Source: Amoebophrya sp. A120
Taxonomy: Eukaryota > Protista > Dinoflagellata
Reading direction: 5' to 3'
Length of the DNA: 36,047 nt
Assembly (NCBI GenBank): GCA_905178155.1
Contig: CAJINV010000030.1
Coordinates: 1-36,047 of the forward strand
Below the pieces are notes generated by a model, which was not told the origin of the DNA, did no database searches, and worked only from the letters and a program-made list of their open reading frames with translations. Of the stretch, positions 12,128-23,500 are shown piece by piece (positions within the stretch are counted from its first letter, which is position 1; the number at the start of each line of letters is the position of its first letter). The translations under genes were made by a program, and so were the position numbers.

Positions 12128-15100
12128 GGACAGGAAAGCCCGCGGAACAGCCCTGCTTTCGGGTTGGACAGGAAAGCCCGCGGAGCCGGAGCAAAGCCGC
12201 ACGCTAGGGGGCCGAAGCAAAGGCGTGGCCGCGTTTCGGTGGCGCCCGCTCGCGCAGTCTCCGCGAGAGGCAAAAAGGCCGCCGAGAACGAAGACCGAAG
12301 CCCCATGGTATGGGCACGATATAGCGCCCGGCTTTCGGGTTCGGCAGGAAAGCCCGCGGAGCCGGAGCAAAGCCGCACGCTAGAAGGCCGAAAAGCGTGG
12401 CCGTGTTTCGGTGGCGCCCGTTCGCGCAGTCTCACACCGCGAGAGGCAAAAAAGCCGCCGAAAACGAAGACCGAAGCCCCAGGGTCTGAGCACGATGCAG
12501 CGCCCGGCTTTCGGGTTGGACAGGAAAGCCCGCGGAGCCGGAGCAAAGCCGCATGCTAGAAAGAGGGCCGAAAACGAAAAGCGTGGCCGTTTTTCGGTGG
12601 CGCCCGTTCGCGCAGTCTCCGCGAGAGGCAAAAAAACCGCCGAGAGCGAAGATCGAAGTCCCGTGGTATGGGCACGATATAGCGCCCTGCTTTCGGGTTG
12701 GACAGGAAAGCCCGCGGAGCCGGAGCAAAGCCACATGCTAAAGGGCCGAAAAGCGTGGCCGTTTTTCGGTGGCGCCCGTTCGCGCAGTCTCCGCGGGCGG
12801 CAAAAAAGCCGCCGAAAACGAAGAGCGAACGAAGCCCCATGGTGTGGGCGCGATGTGGTGCCCTGCTTTCGGGTTGGACAGGAAAGCCCGTGGAGCCGGA
12901 GCGAAGCTGCATGCCAGAGGGCCGAAAAGCGTGGGCGTTTTTCGTTGGCGCCCGTTCGCGCAGTCTCCGCGAGAGGCAAAAAAGCCGCCGAAAACGAAGA
13001 GCGAGGCCCCACGGTATGGGCACGATGTGGCGCCCTGCTTTCGGGCTGGGCAGGAAAGCCCGCGGAGCCGGAGCAAAGCCGCATGCTAGAGGGCCGAAAA
13101 GCGTGGCCGTTTTTCGGTGGCGCCCGCCCGTTCGCGCAGTCTCCGCGAGAGGCAAAAAAGCCGCCGAAAACGAAGACCGTCGCCCCATGGTATGGACACG
13201 ATAGAGCGCCCTGCTTTCGGGCTTGACAGGAAAGCCCGCGGAGCCGGAGCAAAGCCGCATGTTAGAGGGCCGAAAAGCGTGGCCGTTTTTCGGTGGCGCC
13301 CGTTCGCGCAGTCTCCGCGGGAGGCAAAAAAGCCGCCGAAAACGAAGACCGAAGCCCCATGGTATGGGCACGATGTTGCGCCCTGCTTTCGGGTTGGACA
13401 GCAAAGCCCGCGGAGCCGGGGCGAAGCCGCGCGCCAGTCAGAGGGCCGAAAAGCTTAGCCGTTTTTCGGTGGCGCCCGCCCGTTCGCGCAGTCTCCGCGA
13501 GAGGCAAAAAAGCCGCCGAAAACGAAGAGCGAAGCCCCATGGTATGGGCACGATATAGCGCCCTGCTTTCGGGCTGGACAGGAAAGCCCGCGGAGCCGGA
13601 GCAAAGCCACATGCTAGAAGGCCGAACGCGTGGCCATTTTTCGGCGGCGCCCGTTCGCGCAGTCTCCGCGAAAGGCAAAAAAGCCGCCGAAAACGAAGAT
13701 CGAAGCCCCATGGTATTGGCACGATATAGCGCCCCCCTTTCGGGCTGGACAGGAAAGCCCGCGGAGCCGGAGCAAAGCCGCACGCTAGAGGGCCGAAAAG
13801 CGTGGCCGTTTTTCGGTGGCGCCCGTTCGCGCAGTCTCCGCGAGAAAGTCGCCGAAAACGAAGACCGGCGCCCCATGGTGTTGGCACGATGTAGCGCCCG
13901 GCTTTCCGGTTGGACAGGAAAGCCCGCGGAGCCGGAGCAAAGCCGCGGCCGAAAAGCGTTGCCGTTTTTCGGTGGCGCCCGTTCGCGCAGTCTCCGCGGG
14001 AGGCAAAAAAGCCGCAGAAAACGAAGATCGCTGCCCCATGGTATGGGCACGATATAGCGCCCGGCTTTTTTCGGGTTGGACAGGAAAGCCCGCGGGGCCG
14101 GAGCAATGCCGCACGCTAGAGGGCCGAAAAGCGTGGCCGCTTTTCGGTGGCGCCCGTTCGCGCAGTCCCCGCGAGAGGCAAAAAAGCCGCCGAAAACGAA
14201 GGCCGAGCCCCCATGGTATGGGCACGAAAAAGCGCCCATCTTTCGGGGCGGGCAGAAAAGCGCGCGAAACCGAGGCAAAGCCGCACGCTATAGGGCCGAA
14301 CAGTGAGCGTGGCCGTTTTTTGTGGTGGCGCCCGCGCGCGCAGTCTCGGCGAGAAGCAAAAAAGACGCCAAAAACGAAGGTCGAGCCCCCATGGTATGGG
14401 CACGATATAGCGCCCCGCTTTCGGGCTCGGCAGGAAAGCCCGCGGAGCCGGAGCAAAGCCGCATGCTACAGGGCCGAAAAGCGTGGCCGTTTTCCGGTGG
14501 CGCCCGCCCGTTCGCGCAGTCTCCGCGAGGGGCAAAAAAGCCGCCGAAAACGAAGGGCGAGCCCCCGTGGTAGGGGCACGAAACAGCGCCCATCCTTCGG
14601 GGCGGGCAGGAAGGCGCGCGAAACCGAGGCAAAGCCGCATGCTATGGGGCCGAACAGTGTGGCCGTTTTTTGTGGTGGCGCCCGCTCGCGCAGTCTCGGC
14701 GAGAGGCAAAAAAGACGCCAAAAACGAAGGTCGGGCCCCCATGGTATGGGCACGGTGTAGCGCCTTGCTTTCGGGCTGGACAGGAAAGCCCGCGGAGCCG
14801 GAGCAAAGCCGCGTCCAACCATACCAGAGGGCCGGAAAGCGTGGCCGTTTTCCGGTGGCGCCCGCCCGTTCGCGCAGTCTTCGCGAGACGCAAAAAAGCC
14901 GCCGAGAACGAAGGTCGAGCCCCCATGTTATGGGCACGAAACAGCGCCCATCTTTCGGGGCGGGCAGGAATGAAAGCGCGCGAAACCGAGGCAAAGCCGC
15001 ACGCTGTGGGCCGAACAGTGTGGCCGTTTTTTGTGGTGGCGCCCGCTCGCGCAGCCTCGGCAAGAGGCAAAAAAGACGCCAAAAACGAAGGCCGAGGCGA

Positions 15101-17672
15101 GCCCCCATAGTATGGCCACGATATAGCGCCCTGCTTTCGGGTTGGACAGGAAAGCCCGCGGAGCCGGAGCAGAGCCGCATGCTAGAGGGCCGAAAAGCGT
15201 GGCCGTTTTCCGTTGGCGCCCGTTCGCGCAGTCTCCGCGAGAGGCAAAAAAGCCGCCCAAAACGAAGGCCGGGCCCCCATGGTATGGGCACGAAAAAGCG
15301 GCCAGCTTTCGGGGCGGGCAGGAAAGCGCGCGAAACCGAGGCAGGGCCGAACAGTGTGGCCGTTTTTTGTGGTGGCGCCCGCTCGCGCAGTCTCGGCGAG
15401 AGGCAAAAAAGACGCCAAAAACGAAGGCCGGGCCCCCATGGTATGGGCACGATATAGCGCCCCGCTTTCGGGCTTGGCAGGAAAGCTCGCGGAGCCGGAG
15501 CAAAGCCGCATGCTAGAGGGCCGAAAAGCGTGGCCGTTTTCCGGTGGCGCCCGTTCGCGCAGTCTCCGCGAGAGGCAAAAAAGCCGCCGAAAACGAAGGG
15601 CGGGCCCCCATGGTAGGGGCACGAAAAAGCGCCCATCTTCCGAGGCGGGCAGGAAGGCGCGCGAAACCGAGGCAAAGCCGCATGCTATGGGGCGCCGTTT
15701 TTTGCGGTGGCGCCCGCTCGCGCAGTCTCGGCGAGAGGCAAAAAAGACGCCAAAGACGAAGGTCGAGCCCCCATGGTATGGGCACGATATAGCGCCTCGC
15801 TTTCGGGTTGGACAGGAAAGCCCGCGGAGCCGGAGCAAAGCCGCATGGTATAGGGTCGAAACGCGTGGCCGTTTTCCGGTGGCGCCCGTTCGCGCAGTCT
15901 CCGCGAGAGGCAAAAAAGCCGCCGAAAACGAAGGCCGCGCCCCCATGGTATGGGCACGAAAAGGCGCCCACCTTTCGGGGCGGGCAGGAAAGCGCGCGAA
16001 ACCGAGGCAAAGCCGCATGCTATGGGGCCGAACAGTGGGGGCGTTTTTTGTGGTGGCGCCCGCTCGCGCAGTCTCGGCGAGAGGCAAAAAAGACGCCAAA
16101 AACGAAGGTCGAGCCCCAATGGCATGGGCGCGATGTAGCGCCCTGCTTTCGGGCTGGACAGGAAACAAAGCCCGCGGAGCCGGAGCAAAGCCGCATGCTA
16201 GAGGGCCGAATAGCGTGGCCGTTTTCCGGTGGCGCCCGTTCGCGCAGTCTCCGTGAGAGGCAAAAAAGCCGCCGGAGACGAAGGTCGAGCCCGCCCCACT
16301 GGATGGACACGAAGCAGCGCCCATCGTTCGGGGCGGGCAGGAAAGCGCGCGAAACCGAGGCGAAGCCGCATGCTCTGGGGTCGAACAGTGTGGCCGTTTT
16401 TTGTGGTGGCGCCCGCTCGCGCAGTCTCGGCGAGAGGCAAAAAAGACGCCAAAAACGAAGGCCGAGCCCCCATGTTATGGGCATGATATAGCGCCCTGCT
16501 TTCCTTCGGGCCGGACAGGAAAGCCCGCGAAGCCGGAGCGACGCCGCATGCTGGAGGGCCGATCGAAAAGCGTGGCCGTTTTCCGGTGGCGCCCGTTCGC
16601 GCAGTCTCCGCGAGGGGCAAAAAAGCCGCCGAAAACGAAGGGCGAGCCCCCATGGTAGGGGCACGAAAAAGCGCCCATCTTTCGGGGCGGGCAGGAAGGC
16701 GCGCGAAACCGAGGCAAAGCCGCACGCTATGGGGCCGAACAGTGTGGCCGTTTTTTGTGGTGGCGCCCGCTCGCGCAGTCTCGGCGAGAGGCAAAAAAGA
16801 CGCCAAAAACGAAGGTCGAGCCCCCCCCATGGTGTGGGCAAGGTATGGCGCCTTGCTTTCGGGCTGGACAGGAAAGCCCGCGGAGCCGGAGCAAAGCCGC
16901 ATCCATGCCAGAGGGCCGAAAAGCGTGGCCGTTTTCCGGTGGCGCCCGTTCGCGCAGTCTCCGCGAGACGCAAAAAAGCCGCCGAAAACGAAGGCCGAGC
17001 CCCCATTCTATGGGCACGAAAAAGCGCCCATCTTTCGGGGCGGGCAGGAAAGCGCGCGAGACCGAGGCAAAGCCGCATGCTATGGGGCCGAACAGTGGGG
17101 CCGTTTTTTGTGGTGGCGCCCGCTCGCGCAGTCTCGGCGAGAGGCAAAAAAGACGCCAAAAACGAAGGTCGAGGGGCATTGGCACGATATAGCGCCCTGC
17201 TTTCGGGCTGGACAGGAAAGCCCGCGGAGCCGGAGCAAAGCCGCATGCTAGAGGGCCGAATAGCGTGGCCGTTTTCCGGTGGCGCCCGTTCGCGCAGTCT
17301 CCGCGAGAGGCAAAAAAGCCGCCGAAGACGAAGGTCGAGCCCCCCCCCATGGGATGGGCACGAAAAAGCGCCCATCTTCCGGGGCGGGCAGGAAAGCGCG
17401 CGAAACCGAGGCGAAGCCGCATGCTATGGGGCCGAACAGTGTGTCCGTTTTTTGTGGTGGCGCCCGCTCGCGCAGTCTCGGCGAGAGGCAAAAAAGACGC
17501 CAAAAACGAAGGCCGAGCCCCCACGTTATGGGCATGATATAGCGCCCTGCTTTCGGGTTGGACAGGAAAGCCCGCGGAGCCGGAGCGGGGCCGCATGCTA
17601 GAAGAGGGCCGAAAAGCGTGGCCGTTTTCCGGTGGCGCCCGTTCGCGCAGTCTCCGCGAGAGGCAAAAAAAA
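12128..17672. repeat. Satellite array G (~172-178-bp monomer, ~31 copies; dimeric higher-order repeat after ~14200)
   Basis: CAGGAAAGCCC at about 12345, 12521, 12703, 12879, 13051, 13227; later alternates with a GCGCGAAACCGAGGCAAAG variant. Confidence 0.95.
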
Positions 17673-17684
17673 AGGCGCCGAGGA

Positions 17685-18772
17685 AGGTCGGCGGGCCGAT
17701 CGGGCCGCTTTTTTTCCAGCCGAAATCGCAGCAGGGCGTGCCGGGAGCGCTGCGCGGAACTCTTCAAACTCCCGCCCTTTGCCCTCCGGGTCCCACGGCG
17801 GCGCGGGTTCGGCGGGCCGATCGGGCCGTCCGATCAGGCGAAAAAGCCGATCGGGCCGCTTTTTTTCCAGCCGAAATCGCAGCAGGGCGGGCGGGAAGCG
17901 CTGCGCGGAACTCCCCAAATTCCCGCCCTTTGCCCTCCGGCGCGGGGGCGCGGGTTCGGCGGGCCGAGCGGGCCGCTTTTATTTTTCCCAGCCGAAATCG
18001 CAGCCGGGCGGGCGGGAAGCCCTGCGCGGAACTCCCCAAATTCCCGCCCTTTGCCCTCCGGCTCGGGGGCGCGGGTTCGGCGGGCTGGTCGGGCCGCTTT
18101 TTTTCCAGCCGAAATCGCAGCCGGGCGGGCGGGAAGCCCTGCGCGGAACTCCCCAAAGTCCCGTCCTTTGCCCTCCGGCTCGGGGGCGCGGGTTCGGCGG
18201 GCCGATCGGGCCGCTTTTTTTCCAGTCGAAATCGCAGCCGGGCGGGCGGGAAGCTCTGCGCGGAACCCCCCAAATTCCCGCCCTTTGCCCTCCGGCTCGG
18301 GGGCGCGGGTTCGGCGGGCCGGTCGGGCCGCTTTTTTTCCAGCCGAAATCGCAGCCGGGCGGGCGGGAAGCTCTGCGCGGAACTCCCCAAATTCCCGCCC
18401 TTTGCCCTCCGGCTCGGGGGCGCGGGTTCGGCGGGCCGATCGGGCCGCTTTTTTTCCAGCGGAAATCGCAGCCGGGCGGGCGGGAAGCGCTGCGCGGAAC
18501 TCTTCAAATTCCCGCCCTTTGCCCCCCGGCTCGGGGGCGCGGGTTCCGCGGGCCGATCGGGCCGGTTTTTTTCCAGCCAAAAGCGCAGCAGGGCGTGCGG
18601 GAAGCGCTGCGCGGAACTCCCCAAATTCCCGCCCTTTGCCCTCCGGCTCGGGGGCGCGGGTTCGGCGGGCCGATCGGGCCGCTTTTTTTCCAGCCGAAAG
18701 CGCAGCAGGGCGGGCGGGCGGGCGGGAGGCACTGCGTGGAACTCCCAAAACCCCCGCCCTTGGCCCCCCGGC
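17685..18772. repeat. Satellite array H (117-bp monomer, ~9 copies)
   Basis: CCAGCCGAAA-like core at 17988, 18105, 18222, 18339, 18456, 18573, 18690. Confidence 0.95.
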
Positions 18773-18905
18773 TAAGTGGACCGCGGCAGCCTGGCCGCAA
18801 AATTTGTCCTTGTCCATTTAAATTTCGACAAAAGTTACCGTAGCGCAGCGTGCGAAACAAGTCCGGCTGTCGAGCCACAGACGAGAAGGAAAAGGATGCC
18901 GGTTT

Positions 18906-19090
18906 GCGCCGCCCGTAGTCGACCCTCTCCGGCCTTCGAGAAAGGTTTTTTTTCGCATCCGCGCCTTGCTGGCAGATGGTAAGTAACGACCAAAACATAC
19001 GCTATGGGCTTATGCGGCTGCAGTTCAGATACAGATCGAAAAAAAAAAGAACAAGAGCCTTGAGGACTATTCCGAGAGCTACCCGAGCGG
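18906..19090. repeat. Conserved non-tandem block, copy 2 (ends array train F-H, borders gene-rich DNA)
   Basis: Diverged direct repeat of 9718-9897. Confidence 0.85.
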
Positions 19091-19365
19091 TCGAGCGGTA
19101 CTTGGTTGAAGTTGAGTGTTGACGATAGTATGAAAGAACAGCGTCCGGTGCTATTATATCTTCATGACGACCATCTTGTGTCATGTGCGATTGCAAATGA
19201 AATCTGCTTCTTCAATGTTCTCTCCGCAGGGCAAAAGCCAAGTAGTAGAGCACCGCCGTGCGCTTGCGCGTGACCCCAGCAAGAATCATGTAGCTTCGCC
19301 AGACCCAGACGCAGACTCTCCTTCGCCGTTCTGCGCGAAGCTTGCTTATGCTGGCAGTGTGGTTC

Positions 19366-19511
19366 TATGAACTGCAAAAGTATCGTACTCGTATAAATGC
19401 ATTACAAATTTCCTCAGCATGAGAAATAAAATTTGTAAATGCGGACTTACCTTAACAAAAGGATTTGAAATGCATGAGTGCAATACGAGTACGATGCTTT
19501 TGCACAGGATA
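19366..19511. mobile_element. Introner/MITE family I
   Basis: TATGAACTGCAAAAGTATCGTACTCGTAT...ATACGAGTACGATGCTTTTGCACAGGATA; DR GGTTC/GGTTC. Confidence 0.9.
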
Positions 19512-19554
19512 GGTTCTGGCTCGCAGCAGTAACCAGGACGGCGGCAGTGCGAGG

Positions 19555-19792
19555 TATGGCATTCTCAAACGTTACATTCTGAGCTGTTACATGGATTTGT
19601 CATTCGAAACTACCTGAAGCCACCAGACTGATAATCAAGCGGCTACGCATGACAAATCCCCGGAGGGCTAAACAGCATGTAAATGTCGTGTGCGGAATTT
19701 GTAATGCAAAAGGAGCAATCTTCCCCCTTGCCGTTCTTGCATCACAAATTAATGTAACTACAGTTGACAATGTAACAGTTAAAAACGTCATA
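19555..19792. mobile_element. Introner/MITE family II
   Basis: TATGGCATTCTCAAACGTTACAT...ATGTAACAGTTAAAAACGTCATA; DR CGAGG/CGAGG. Confidence 0.9.
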
Positions 19793-19866
19793 CGAGGGCC
19801 GCGAGGCCTCGGGTTTGCTGAAGAACATGGACCCGCCTGGGAAGACGAAGAAGGAGCCTAGCGGGG

Positions 19867-20159
19867 TATCATATGTAACAACGTCCCCAACTACCCATAG
19901 TCAAGTCGGGAAATCTGCAAGACAAATCAGCAAGCTTTGGCTGTTGCGCATGACAAGTTTGGGCTCCCAATGTTATCGCGATGAGGGGCATCAGCAGCGT
20001 GGCAAATGTTGCATCTCATGCTGATTGTAGCATCACAAAGGCAATCTTCAAACAGCACTGGATGCGTCTCATGGGACTCGTCCCCATCAGAGACATTTTC
20101 ACCATGCAGATTTGCAGGCCAATTATGGGGAGCAGGTGGGGACGTTTTCGCACAGGATA
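19867..20159. mobile_element. Introner/MITE family III
   Basis: TATCATATGTAACAACGTCCCCA...TGGGGACGTTTTCGCACAGGATA; DR CGGGG/AAGGG; similar to 32419-32698. Confidence 0.85.
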
Positions 20160-20520
20160 AAGGGCGCCGGAGCGAGCAGATGGGCAGGATGCTGGTATCA
20201 ATTTGCAAAGACGCACCAACGGTGGAGACGGATGTGCGTGTTGAACATGTCCAAATAGTGTCTTCGTTCTTCCACTCCTCCCATGACGCACTGAGCTTGT
20301 TGCTGCTAGATCGTGGAGGTGAAGATCTTTGTATAATTTAATAATTAAATTCTTCTTTCTTGTTATGCTTGTTGGAGGGCAGCAACGACAACGACTCGAG
20401 CAGAGAATTGTTCATCGGAGGTCAAGATCCATTTTTGCTCCTCAACACCAGCAGTGTCGATGATCAGAGCAACAAGTAGTACATTCTCCGTACAACGTCC
20501 AGTGGCGTTCTTGCAAAAAA

Positions 20521-23500
20521 TGCATACTGTATTACCGGCAAGATGACCGAGAGGATCATGACCAGCGCTGGGCAGCTCGGCAAGAGCCGCGCCTTTCGCA
20601 GAGCTTGGACACGTCGACGGAGCGGCCCGGCACGTCAGACCCGGTCCTCCGGCGCGACCTACTAGAGTGCACAATTTCATCCCCTCCGCCTCATTCGAAA
20701 AACATTTTTATACAGCAAGACAAACGCCAGCAAGTGTTGTCAGTAAATGAATTATATGTGACATACGCCCGGACTGCATGACAAGCTCCCGCTTCCGAAT
20801 TTGTTCATGCGATCTGCAGCGCCAGGAGATATAAACACTGGGTGTGCTATTTTGCATAACGAATGAGCAACGGGAGGAGGGGTTGTGCAATCTGATACGA
20901 TCGGTTCCGCATTGAGAACCCACCGGACAATGCGGCGACGCGCAAATTTTCGGACGACACACGGCTCAGCATGGACAGCCAGCGTCACAGCCTCGACGTG
21001 CCCAATATGGCGCCCTCAAACGTCACAAGCTCCGCTGTTACAAAATGAAGTTGTGATGCAAAACTGCCAGAAGCCACGGCCACCACACGATGACGCTATT
21101 TTGCATGACAAATTGAAATTTCCGAAGGGCTAAACAACGCCTAAATCTGTGTCAAATGTGTCCTGTAAGCCGTTCTTGCATAAACAGACTCATGTATACA
21201 GTTGAGACTGTAACGTTTGAGTGCCCCATACTGAAAAGCCGTCGCTCCAGTCTCGGCGGCTCGGAGTCGGAGCAGCACAGTGTGGGTTTAAATGTGGAGC
21301 AGAACATCAAACGCACTTCTGGCTCCGCCGGGGGATCTTCGTCTACTGGTTCCAGTCAGTTCCTGCAGCCCCCAGGTGCAGGAGGTGGCGGTGCGACAAC
21401 GGTTTCGTCTATGAGATTGCGTACCACCATTCCCAACTTACCATCGTTTGTCATGCAAAGTACCAGTACCGTTAGGTATCGCCGTTCGCTTTATTTGCAG
21501 CTTCTTGGCAGTGGCACCTCCGTGACATCCAATTCTCGAATAATCCCAAACCGCACTACAAGCTGTGGGTGGATATTTTGAACAAATTTTCATGTGGAAC
21601 AAGCCACATTGCTGTTGTCGCTTTTGTTGCTCTACTGCATGCCCTGCTGCAAATCAGCTGGAGTTGGGGTCCTCTGTTATGCAATCCCATATCTTCCCTC
21701 CTACCCCCAGCTGCAGACCACGAAACTTCTGGCGCTGGAGCAGTGTCGGCCTTGAAAGCCATGCGGATATATGTGAGCGCACAATAAACGTACTTTCTGC
21801 AGCCCCTCATACCTGATATCTAATAATTTGCGATGCATGCGAACAGCACAGCCAAAGGTCGAGGACAGGATTTGGCATTTTTTTGCATCAAAAAGGACAA
21901 AATAACGATGAGTGAATGAGGACGTCGTTGTAGTTGTGCACTCCCATAGGACGATGCGGAGTGCCAACAACACCCCGATGAAACCGGCCTCTCCGATATG
22001 GCGGTGAATAAAGTTTCTAGCGCTTCCTGTCCCTCAATTTGTAATGCACAAAATGAAGGCAAAGGCTAGTCAACATATTGAATATGTCATAATTCATGAC
22101 GTTATCGCCAGCGAGCATCTGCATGAAGACGACATATTAAATGCGCAGTAGCAGTACAACAACTTGAGGCTGAAATGTTTTTTTTCCCGACCATGTCGGA
22201 TGCCGCCGCCCCCACCCGCTGCTTACTCCCCGATAGGAGGAACACAGCAAGCCGGCCCGCTCCCTGTTGGAGCTGCCGCCACAGGAGGAAGCGACTATGA
22301 ATTGCAAAAGTATCGTACTCGTACTCGGATAAATGCATATACAAATGTCCTCAGCATGAGAAAGAAAATTTGTCATGCTGATTTAGCCTAAGAAAAAGAT
22401 CTGTAATGCATGATTGGAATACGAGTATTGTGCGATACTTTTGCACAGGATATTACCAACCAGGCGTCGCTGACTTCTGGGTCCGCCCTCGCGGCGTTGA
22501 AAGCCATGAGACAAAACAAGCCACCGGAACCCGCTCTGTTTCATCCAGTTGCTGGCGTTAATGCAGCAGCTCCTACGGTGGACGAGCGCGAGAAGCGGCT
22601 TCTAGACAGGCGGTCCCAGCGACTGGGAGCGTCAGAGCACCAGGAGGGAAGCCAATCCTCTGCAGGAGCAGTCGCAACGTCAGGATCTTCCACTTCTGTC
22701 GGAGGTGCGCCTGTTTTTCTTCCGGACCCGGCCTTGACGTCCTCGCAGCAGAGAGCTACTTCCGGCTCCAAATCGTCTACCTCGTCTCCCCCACTGCCAC
22801 CGTATCAAAAGCAAAAATGTCGGGGTCTGGGAATTTGCTCGACTTGTCATGCAGGTTTTCCATGACCCATATGATATGTAATGGAGGACCTAGCATGATA
22901 GATTCCGTGAGATCACTATCATGCCTATCCTGCATCAGAAAACGCCTCGGAACTTGATCAAAAGTGGACAGCATTTGGTAATCATGCAACACAGATTTTT
23001 GCATGATTCAGATTTAGCATGACAAGTCCCAACCTTCCAGACCCAGGCATATTTGAATTTGATACACCGCCCCCAAGAGCGATTCCTGGCGCCGCGGACG
23101 AGAGTCGACACGCAGTCTCGAAGCCACGCGACTCCTCATCGTCCCCCGTACCGCGCCCACCCCCGCCGCCCCCGCCACCGGACGTGGATAAAAGCGCGGG
23201 AAAGGGAATGGCGGCTGCCTCAGAAACAAGTAGAACAGCTGCTCCCCCGGTCGTCGTGGTGCCGTCGGGCCGGAGCAGCGGAGGCAACGCAAAGAAAACG
23301 ACCGGCTTGTTGGGCCCGAACGTCGCGCCCAGGGCACCTGCGCCGCTGCCACCGCCAGCCGGAATTTCGCCCGCACAGGACATGAAGGACACGTACTTAT
23401 TGGCTATGATTTTTTTCGAAATATCATGAGCTAACATCACCGCACGTCACCACTAAAAGTTCTGTAGAACAGAAACCAAAACGCCTATTCCTATTCGTAC

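Noticed and set aside
9901-17672. CRISPR-like regular repeats
   Set aside because: Whole units repeat; there are no unique spacers and no cas genes.
1-18843. Many long ORFs (up to 816 aa) in all six frames
   Set aside because: They overlap on both strands, mirror the tandem units and are broken by indels; this is expected from stop-poor GC-rich repeats, especially the 84- and 117-bp units.
18838-18862. ACCGTAGC matching the start of the dinoflagellate spliced leader (also at ~2439)
   Set aside because: Only 8 nt match; the CATTTTGGCTCAAG remainder is absent.
19445-19453. ACTTACCT (U1 5'-end-like) inside family I
   Set aside because: Intact only in this copy and, inverted, in the 34841 copy; not conserved in other family I members.
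20196-20526. Possible extra introner (TATCAATTTGCAAAGA...TCTTGCAAAAAATGCATA)
   Set aside because: Weak TIR, no 5-bp DR and no internal motif; GT-AG alternatives fit the frame equally well, so it is not called.
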